The notes beneath the pieces were generated by a model. It was not told where the DNA came from. It did no database searches and saw only the letters and a program-made list of their open reading frames with translations. Of a stretch of 64,000 nucleotides of DNA, positions 54,029-64,000 are shown piece after piece. Positions within the stretch are counted from its first letter, which is position 1. Each line of letters opens with the position of its first letter. Origin of the DNA: the human T2T-CHM13v2.0 reference genome, Homo sapiens; assembly GCF_009914755.1 (NCBI RefSeq), contig NC_060932.1. One strand, given 5' to 3'. A program made the translations under genes and the position numbers.

Positions 54029-55316
54029 GTTAGTGATGATGCACTTGTGTCTATGCTTTCCCGCGCCCCCTAGGGTCCCACTGGAACAGGCCACAGCAAG
54101 AAGAAAAAGGGTTTTCAAAGGGGCAGAGAGAAACCTCAGCCAGGGGAAAAGTACAGAAACAATTCATCCCCCAATGTTGGCTTGTTTTGAGCTCTATATA
54201 AAAGAAAACATAAAACAAAACAAATTTGAGTTCACTCTCCTGGTGCATGGTGACCTCACACCTGGCTTCCCAGGGGAGGGGTGCAAGTGAGCCTGGCCCT
54301 TAGGCATGCTACTGAGCGCTGCTTCATCTGCAGTGACTGGCTGTGTCCCCAGTCCTCCTTACCAACGGCCACTTGCCCTTGCTCAGCCTTCCCTGTGTCC
54401 TCCTTGGGCTTCTAAAGACTAATCCCCTGCTTTTGTGTCATTCCCAGCAACCCCCAAGGAGCACACTTGAGTTTTAAGTCTGTTCTGGAGAATAACCTCT
54501 GATTCATGGATTCTTGGAGTGTGCTGGCTACAGCTAGACAGAGACAGTCTTGGCTTGATTAAACCTGTGCTTCCTAAGCATGTACTCCTGGGAGTGGAAA
54601 AGCACAGGTGCTCCTCCACAGAGATTTTTTTCAAGAGACTCTTTCTTTATATGATGAGTTTGAAGTCCATGTCTTCCCCCTAACACTTGGTTAGATGTTT
54701 GCATGTCTTGAAGAGTCCACAGAAGAAATCTTTTACAATTTCTTCACAAGGAAGAATGTTCATGGTGACTCCATACTCATGAGCATTCTTAAATGATGTG
54801 TAGGGTGTGAGTGTTGCCCAGGCAAGAAGCTGCCAGAAAGCACTCTCCAGTTCCATGCTCCTGGGTCATCAGGTGATTGATTATGAACCACAAACAACAT
54901 GTTCTCAAAAATCAGACAATGACTTATTATTTTGATTGTATCTGCCCAAGAGACTTCAATTCCATGAGGTAGTAAAAGGAAATGATTTTGGAAAATTAAA
55001 AGTAACATGCTTTGGGGTTGGATGTTTATTTTCACAGATAAAATGACAAAAATAAATGTTTGGTGGGAAGAAATCTTATGAGGTGGTTTTTAGGTAAAAG
55101 ATGCAGTAGACTGATTATTTCTAGAAAATGTGTGGCAATTCTTATACATGGTAGTAGAAGCTGTGTGCGGAGGGGCTGTTTTCTGAAAACAGTAGTGCAC
55201 TACCCCATGAAGAGCACGTAGTAGGGCTCAAGCCAAAATGAAAAGTCCATTGAAATAATGTTGAAAATAATTATTTGTGATAATATCAGTGAAGCTTTCT
55301 TCTTGTTTTCTCACAG

Positions 55317-55404
55317 GAGTTAGTAATCTGCCTAGCGCTTTTGGCTTTTCTTATTCTTCACTACATCTGGAGTCAGATTCAGTGCTTGATTTTTACTTTA
55401 ATGG
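55317..55404 (+). CDS. TRIM55: TRIM55 alternative 88-nt exon encoding a hydrophobic C-terminus
   Basis: Strong acceptor tttcttcttgttttctcacag|GAG; reads ELVICLALLAFLILHYIWSQIQCLIFTLM plus one G; donor G|gtagga. In phase with exon 9 and matches my recollection of a MuRF2 alternative C-terminus. Confidence 0.85.
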
Positions 55405-57834
55405 GTAGGAAATATTTTCTTTTCCCTTGACTAACATCTCACATAGTTTCTTCCATAATGTTCCTCTTCTATAGGCCCAGAGATTAATTTCTCCCCAAAT
55501 CTTGAGGCTCAGTCCTCCCAAAAGAACATTGTTCTCAGATTATACTGGAGGCCTCAAGCTCACACAATGCAATCGCCTCAAGACCTCTTCCTGAGGAGAA
55601 TTGCTCCATTATCTATTCCTGCATGGAGGGGAACCTTGACTGAGAACAGTAACTCCATGGGCAATTATTCAGTAATCCAGGAGGAGCAAACCCTCCAGAA
55701 TGGTCATTAGGGGAGGCCAGTTTCAAGTGTCCATAATGCGGTGAGGACTTACTGCTCGTAGAGAAAGGAGCGGCAAAGGACTCCTGCAGGAAAATGCAGG
55801 TTTCCATAGATTAAGTACAAGCATTTCATCTGCTTACACCAGAGATGCCCAGGAGGTGGCCAAGTGACTCCTCGTGGGATGATGTTCTAGGCAGTTCCTA
55901 TGCAGGTGAGCAGGTGGGTTCTCTTTGAACCCTCAGACTCTACAGAGTTTCTCCTGGGAGAGGAGGTCCCTGAGAGAAAGATGCCCTGACTGAAGAAATA
56001 TCTGGGGGATTGCAGCCACGTGAGACCTGAATGAATTAACAGCCAGAGGATCAATGTGCACTTACCAGCTATCAGGAATTAGAACCAAGAACTAAGCCAT
56101 AAAGTCATCAAGCAGTCCATTTATATTATTTCCGAGTCACCGTTCTCATAGCCAAGCCTTTGCTTGATTGCTGTTATGAGGTTTGCTTGAGGACTGACAT
56201 CATAATCCTTTAATACCCTTTTGAAAGTTCTCAGTTTAATTAATAATATTTAAAGATTCCAACTTCCATGTACTTTTGTGTAAATGACCCTGCTGGGCCT
56301 GAGACCCAACTCCTTGTTCCTGTAGCTCAAAGGCAGTTCAGGGTCAATGGTGCTGAAAAGCCTCGGCTATTTCTGGCTCACTGACTTTTCCCTGGGTTGA
56401 CACTGACTCTTCTGGAAGCTCCCTTCATAGACTTTCTGCCTCATTAGCCATCTGCTCAGCAATGGCGGTGGCGTCTCCATTGGTCTCTGCCGTGTCTGGA
56501 ACTGTGTGTGAGCAGGACCTGCCCACAATGTCCAATAGTCAGCTGGAAACCTGTGCACCCTAGAGTGTCCTGAGTGTCCTTACAGTCTGCTCAGCTGCCC
56601 AACTCCTTCAGACATTATCTGTGGTAAAAAGGAGTGGGAGGATGTATTGGCCATGGACTCAGAGGGGTGAATGGTGAGAGAGAAAACTCCATGCTTTATT
56701 GGAACCAGGACCTAATTGTGGATCTGAATAATTGTCTGAAGGGTTCTGTTTACATTCTGAGAATTCGGGTTTAGGGCTTTGTCACTACATATATGTCTTG
56801 TATTGCTTCTCTGAGGCTGCAGAGGGAGTGTCATGCTTCAAGGCTGTGATCCACTGAGCCCATGTCATGTATGCTGACATCCACGTGCCTGCCTAGGGAG
56901 AGGAGGGTGGGGCAGGTGGAGCAGGTGTGGGGAGGGCGTTGACATCCAGTATTGCAAAAAACCTTACTGTATAGTTCTTGGTGTTTGAGGAAGGGCCTTT
57001 CACATAGAGAAGGACACCTGTTCATGATGGAGTACTACTCTTTGATCCCAGAAATGGGATATGGGCAGGTTGATAGAGACCTCACTATAGTAGCAAATTC
57101 CCGGCCTCTGAGAATATTTTGCAGGTCTGATTCACCTTCACCACTTCAGAACCCAGTTTACCAGATTCATATTTGTCCAGTTCAAGGTTAGAGTGCTAGA
57201 ATTTCACATTTCATCACTAGGCTTACCTTGAGTATTTAGGATGTGGTAAGAGTTCTCTTTGATTCAGTGGTGGTCTTATCTCTCTTTACTAGGTGGTCCC
57301 GTGTCAGAGTAATGCTGCCTTTAAAACTCAGAAGCATCTCAGGCTCACTTGCTGATCTGTAAACTACATTCAGCCCACAACAGCTGAACTGCAAACCTTT
57401 TAGAAGCAAATGCTCTATTTCCTGGTGCTTTCCTTACATCCATGTACACAGTGAAACATGCCCTCGATTTTACTGCCTGTGGTTTCTGGTGCTGAACAAT
57501 TTCTGCTTTATCACATACCTTACCTTCTCTCTTCACCCAAGTACACAGGCAAAAAAAACCGGTCATGGCAAAAACCAAACATCAGCTTCCTCTACGAGTG
57601 ATGGACAGGACCACTACTTTTTGTTAGATCAGAAGAGTGCTGTAGCTCCCCCATGGGCATTCTCTAAGAAAAAGCAAGGTTTGGATTCAGCCTTGTGGTG
57701 AATTTGAACTCATCAAAGGCCCCAGTTTCCTTGGGCTTCTACAGGATCTCTATTTGGTGGATTAACTCAGCAGCTGCTCTGGCTGATACTTGAGCTGGAC
57801 ACAGCAGCTGCCTCAGGGTAAGAGGATCTCCCCA

Positions 57835-57890
<56 letters not shown>
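57835..57890 (+). repeat. (CA)n microsatellite
   Basis: About 28 units, read directly. Confidence 0.95.
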
Positions 57891-57894
<4 letters not shown>

Positions 57895-58709
57895 GCCAGA
57901 GCCAATTGCTTTGGAGATAGGGACTTTGGCATTGAAATCCTTGTAATTTCTCCCTCTATATAGAACCACAGCTCAGTATTTCACCAGAACACAAAGTTGC
58001 AGTGATAAGAGGCCCTGAAAGCTTTACTATATCATAATGATTTGTTGTTTCAAAAATATCCATTTTTTACATTCTATTCTTCAAGCCTGAAAAATAGACA
58101 AACAAATTGGGTAGAAATTTTGCCAAAGCTCAAGACTGTGGGGATCCAAAAGTTAGAAGAAAGGACTTCAGATCTGGTCCTGGAGCTGCTTCAGTGTCTG
58201 ACTCTGGGCATCTAAATTCTTGAAGCCTCAGTTTTCTCATCAGGAAAATAAAGAGACTACTTAACGAATAGATTCATTTATTTTCACACTGGGCTGTGAA
58301 AAATCTAGTACTAGGAATTTTATAATTGGTTTCAGGTATTTTCATTGGGAGGGTTATGGACTTAGGCCTGACACAAGTCATTATGAGTGACAATAATTAT
58401 AATAGATTCTCAGTGAGTTAGAGAGTCCATTGCATTTCTCAAAGTACATTTCTTGACTTGAAGCTCTTACATAAATCCCAATTTCCCAAACCATTTTCCA
58501 GATTTCTCCCTAGGCACTCATTTAGCTGAATGTTTACACAGCTGCTATTACCTCCTTCAGATTCCATGAACTCCACAGCCATGATGACTCCACTCTGAAG
58601 TCGCCTAAAGTTACTTACAGACCTCACTGCTCAGTAGAGCAAAGACAGGATGTACACAGCAGAGGCAGACACAGAACAGTCAGTGGATGAAGAAATGAAA
58701 GATGTGATT

Positions 58710-60043
58710 TTTTAAATCAACTTTATTGAGATATACATACACTAAAATTTACCCATTTTAAGTGTACAGTTCAGTGAGTTTGGACAAATGTGTAGCATTG
58801 TATAGCTACCACCACAGTTAAGATGTAGAATATTTTCATCACCCCAGAAAGTTCCCTCATGTGTCTTTACCATTAAATCCCTTCCCCGCATCCCTGCCTC
58901 TGGCAACCACTGATGTGTTTGATTGTCATTGTAGTTCTGCCAGTTCCAAACTGTCTTGTGAATGAAAACATACAGTATTGTATGCTTTTATAACTGGCTT
59001 TTTTTCACTTAGCATAATGCTTCTGAGATTTGTTTATTTTGTGGCATGTATAGTATCTCAGTTCTTTTTATTCCCAAGTGGTAGTCTATTGTGTGGGTAT
59101 GCCACTAGTTATTTATCTGTTCATCACTTGATGGATGTTTGTGTTCTTAGCAGCTTTGGCTATAATAAGTAAAGCTGCTGTGAACACTCACATATAGGTC
59201 TTTGTGTGAATACATGTTTTCATCTCTCTTGAGTAAATGAAGGAGTGGAATTGCTGGATTGTATGGTAAGTTTGTGGTTAACTTCATAAGAAACTGTCAA
59301 ACTGTTTTCCGTAGTGGTTATTCAACTTTTTCTGTTTCCACCAGCAAGGTAAGAGAGCTCTACCTACTCTACGTTCTACCAGCTCATGGTATTGTGTCAA
59401 TCTTTCATATTTCAGCTATTCTGGGTGGATGATTATGCATGGTTTCTCCTTGTGGTTTTAATTTGCATTTTGACAAAGACTAATGGTTAGCACCTTTTCT
59501 TGTGCTTATTGGTCATCTTTATATTTTCTTTGGTGAAGTAAATGTACACATCTTTTGCCCAACTTTTTATTAAGTTGTTTATCTTCCTAGAAGTTCTTTA
59601 TGTGTTCTGGATAAAACTTCCTTATCAGATAGATGTTTTGCAAATAATTTCTCCCAGTCTGTGGCTTTCCCTTTCATTTCTTTTAATTTTTTATTTTTTT
59701 ATTTCAGTAGGTTTTTGGGGAACAGGTGGTGTTTGATTACCTGAATAAGTTTTTTAGTGGTGATTTCTGAGATTTTGGTGCACCCAAGCAGTGTACACTG
59801 TACCCAATGTGTAGTCTTCTATCCCTCCCCAACCCCTACTCTTTCTCCCAAGTCTCCAAAGTCCCATGTATTATTCTTATGCCTTTGCATCCTTATAGCT
59901 TAGCTCCCACATATAAGTGAGAACATACAATGTTTGGTTTTCCATTCCTGAGTTACTTCACTTAGAATAATAGTCTCCAATTCCATCCAGGTTGTTGCAA
60001 ATGCCCTTACTTCATTCCTTTTTATGGCTGAGTAGTATTCCAT

Positions 60044-60078
<35 letters not shown>

Positions 60079-63000
60079 CACATTTTCTTTAGCCACTCAT
60101 TGACTGATGGGCATTTGGGCTGGTTTCATAATTTTTCAATTGTGAATTGTGCTGCTATAAACATGCATATGATGCAAGTGCAAGTATCTTTTTTGTATAA
60201 TGACTTATTTTCCTCTGGGCAGATACCCAGTAGTGGTATTGCTGGATCAAATGGTAGATCTACTTTTAGTTCTTTAAGGAATCTCCAAACTGTTTTCCAT
60301 AGTGGTTGTACTAGTTTACATTCCCACCAACAGTGTAAATTGTTCCCTTGTCACCTCATCCCCACCAACATTTTTTTTTAATATTTTGATTATGGCCATT
60401 CTTGCAGGAGTGAGGTGGTATCGCATTGTGGTTTTGATTTGCATTTCCCTGATAATTAGTGAGGTTGAGCATTTTTCTGTACGCTTGTTGGCCATTTGTA
60501 TATCTTCTTTTGAGAATTGTCTGTTCATGTCCTTTGCCCACTTTTTGATGGGATTGTTTTTTTTTTTTTCTTGCTGATTTGTTTGAGTTCCTTGTAGATT
60601 CTGGATATTAGTCCTTTGTTGGATGTATAGATTGTGCAGATTTTCTTCCACTCTATGGGTTGTCTATTAACTCTGCTGATATTTCTTTGGCTGTGCAGAA
60701 GCTTTTTAGTTTAATTAAGTCCCATCTATTTGTCTTTGTTTTTGTTATATTTGCTTTTGGATTCTTGGTCATGAAGTCTTTTCCTAAGCCAATGTCTAGA
60801 AGGGTTTTTCTGATGCTATTGTCTAGAATTTTTATAGTTTCAGGTCTTAGATTTAAGATGGATTTAAGATCCATCTTGAGTTGATTTTTGTATAAGGTGC
60901 AATATGAGGATCAAGTTTCATTCTACTACATGTGGCTTGCCAATTATCCCAGCACCATTTGTTAAATATGGTGTCCTTTCCCCACTTTATGTTTTTGTTT
61001 GTTTTGTCGAAGATCAGTTGGCTGTAAGTATTTGGCTTTATTTCCGGGTTCTCTATTCTGTTCCATTGGTCTATATGCCTATTTTTATACCAGTACCATG
61101 CTGTTTTGGTAATTATGGCCTTCTAGGATAGTTTGAAGTTGGGTAATGTGATGCCTACTGATTTGTTCTTTTTGCTTAGTCTTTCTTTGGCTTATGAGGG
61201 CTCTTTTTTGGTTCTATATGAATTTTGGATTCTTTTTTCTAGTTCTATGAAGAATGATGGTGTATTTTGATGGGAATTGCATTGAATTTTTAGATTGCTT
61301 TTGGCAGTATGGTTATTGATTCTACCCATCCATGAGCATGGGATGTGTTTCCATTTGTTTGTATCATCTATGATTTCTTTCCACAGTGTTTTGTAGATTT
61401 CCTGGTAGAGGTCATTCATGTCCTTGGTTAGGTATATTCCTAAGGTTTTTTTTTTTTTTTTTGCAAGTATTGTGAAAGGGGTTTGAGTTCTTGATTTGAT
61501 CAAGAATAGCTTGGCTGCTGCTGGTGTATAGCAGAGCTACTGATTTGTGTATGTTAATTTTGTATCCTGAAACTTTGCTGAATTCATTTACCAGTTCTAG
61601 AGCTTTTTGGATGAGTCATTAGGATTTTGTAGATATATGATCCTATCATCAGCAAACAGCAATAGTTTGACTTCCTCTTTACCAATTTGGATGCCTTTAT
61701 TCCTTCTCTTATCTGATTGCTCTGGCTAGGATTTCCAGTACTATGTTGAATAGAAATGGTGAAAGTGGGCATCCTTGTCTTGTTCTTGTTCTCAGGGGGG
61801 ATGCTTTCAACTTCTCCCTGTTCAGTATTTTGTTGGCTGTGGGTTTGTTGTAAATGGTTTTTTATTACCTTAAGGTATGTCCCTTCTATGCTAATTTTGC
61901 TGAGGGTTTTAATCATAAAGGGATGCTGGATTTTGTCAAATGCTTTTTCTGCATCTGTTGAGATGATCATGTGATTTTTGTTTTTAATTCTGTTTATGTG
62001 GCATATCACATTTATTGGCTTATGTATATTAAACCATCCCTGCATTCCTGGTATGAAACCCACTTGATCATGGTGAACTAAATTTTTAATATGCTGTTGG
62101 ATTCAGTTTGCTAGTATTTTGTTGAGGATTTTTGCATCTATGTTCATCAGGGATATTGGTCTGTAGTTTTTTTTTTTTGTAATGTCCTCCCCTGGTTTTG
62201 GTATTAGGGTAATACTGGCTTCATAGAATGATTTAAGGAGGATTCCCTTTTTCTCTCTCTTTTGGAGTAGGGTCAATAGGATTGGTACCAATTCTTCTTT
62301 GAATGTCTGATAGAATTCAGCTATGAATCCATCTGGTCCTAGACCTTTTTTTGTTGGCAATGTTTTTATTACCATTTCAATCTCACTGCTTGTTATTCAT
62401 TTCTTAGAATTTTTTGAGGAGTAAACATTTTTAGTTTTGATGAAGCCCAATTTTGTTTTCTTTATAGTTTGTGCTTTTTATGTCCCATTTAAGAAAACTT
62501 TGCTTAACTCAAAATTACAAAGATTTCTCCAATGTTTTCTTCTAGAATTTTTATAGTGTTAGCTCTTAAATTAGGTCTAAGATCATTTTGTTAATATTTG
62601 TGTAGATGAGATAAGGATCAAAGTTTGTTATTTGCTTTTTGATATAGATATTCATTTATTCCAGCACTATTTGTTAAAAGGCTATCCTTTTCCTCAGTGA
62701 ATTACCTTAATACTTTTGTAGAAATTCAATTGACCATATATGTGTGAGTCTATTTCTGCACTTGTATTTTGTACCATTGATATATATGTTTGTCCCTCCC
62801 CCAGTACCACACTGTCTTGATTATTATAGCTTTAATAGAAGCCTCCAAATAAGTCAATGTAGTCTCCAGCTTCAATCTAGTTTCCACAATGTTCCATCTT
62901 TAAAAAAAACCCAGCTTTTGGCTTTGTTGGTTTTCTCCATTTTTTGGTCAGTTTTTCTATTCTATTCATTTCTGCTCTTAATGATTTTCTTCATTGTGCT

Positions 63001-63690
63001 TACTTTGGGTTTAATTTTCTCTTCTCTTTCTGTTTGTTAGGGTTAAAGCTCTGATTATTGACATGAGATTTTTCTTGCTTTCTGATACAAGCTTTCAGTG
63101 CTGTAAAGTTACTTCTCATCACTGCTTTTGCTGCATCCCACAAGTTTTGATATGTTGTATTTTCATTTTTATTTAATTTAAAACATTTTCTAGCTTACTT
63201 TGTAGTTTCTTCTTTGACCCATGGGTTATTTAGATGAGCGGCATTTCGTTTCCAGATATTTGAAGATTTTCAGATATCTTTCTTTTTGACTTGCAGTTTA
63301 ATTCTGTTGTGGAGAAAGACCAGAATATACTTTATATGTTTCCAATCTTTTTAAGTTTATTAAGATTTGTTTTATGTCTCAGAATGTGATCAACCTTGGT
63401 GAATGTTCCACATGCATGTGAAAACACAAGTGTTTTCTGTTGTTGTTGGGCATGGTGTTCTGTACCTGTCAATTAAGGCAGTTGGTTGATAGTGTTGTTT
63501 AAGTCTACTATGTCCATATGGATTTTCAGTTTACCTGTTTCATCAGCTTCTGAGAGAGGAATTTTGAGATCTTTGACTAGAATTGTGGATTTGTCTATTC
63601 TTACAGTATCAGTTTTTGCCTTATGTGTTTGGAAACTGTTTAGGTACATTCATATTTAGCATTGTTTATTTTCTTGAAGAATTGATTCCA
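58710..63690 (-). mobile_element. Old L1M(A/B)-type element, interrupted by a younger L1
   Basis: L1 3'UTR (ttttattgagatatacatacac...aagtgtacagttcagtgag) and ORF2-like sequence on both sides of the insert. Confidence 0.75.
59685..62395 (-). mobile_element. L1PB-like 5'-truncated LINE-1 (ORF2 C-terminal half plus 3'UTR)
   Basis: Peptides [50 protein letters not shown] and [16 protein letters not shown]; TSD ttcatttctt. Confidence 0.9.
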
Positions 63691-64000
63691 AGATAAGTGT
63701 TTTTTTTTTTTAAAGCAAAACTTGTCTACCTCTCCTCTTTTTGTGTCTGCATGCTGAAATGGGTAGAGAGAGGGTCCTCATTCACATACAACATCTTCCA
63801 AGGTAACTTTAAAAAGACAGGGGTGGGGCACCTGGAGGGGAACTATGCTGACAGTCATTAAGGCGTTATTCCACATGGCAGGCCATGGGGAAGGCTTCAC
63901 TGCCTGAGTCCAACAAGCCTGCGTCCCCTTCCTCCTTCAGCCACAAGCACGGCCAAGCACAACAAAGACTGGGACGGTTGAGGTGCCTGATACCTTTAAG

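Noticed and set aside
53498-54073. 191-aa ORF as an independent gene
   Set aside because: It is exon 9 plus stop-free intron flanks; the SSSSSFFF stretch is the polypyrimidine tract.
60316-62375. Active reverse transcriptase gene
   Set aside because: It is a fragmented, 5'-truncated L1 ORF2 with many frameshifts.

Overview
Human-type (primate) genomic DNA: the TRIM55 (MuRF2) locus, which from memory lies at 8q13 between DNAJC5B and CRH. TRIM55 is on the + strand, with coding exons 1-9 (26966-54028, 508 codons, all GT-AG and phase-consistent). An 88-nt alternative exon at 55317-55404, absent from the ORF track, encodes a hydrophobic tail; the terminal exon lies beyond the window. About 13 kb upstream, a CpG island holds two intron-containing tRNA-Tyr(GTA) genes, one tRNA-Ala(AGC) gene and a decayed minus-strand tRNA-Arg(ACG) copy. 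The rest is mostly interspersed repeats (Alu, L1, L2, MIR, ERV1/MaLR solo LTRs, Tigger, MADE1). I see no evidence of a wholly new system. The best leads are the tRNA-Arg remnant with a compensated T-stem pair, a possibly membrane-anchored TRIM55 isoform, a candidate upstream Pol II promoter that could give a RING-less protein, inverted Alus around exons 5-7 (circRNA), and QKI/RBFOX/CLEAR/MEF2 motifs. Repeat subfamily names were recognised by eye, not by search, and repeat boundaries are approximate.
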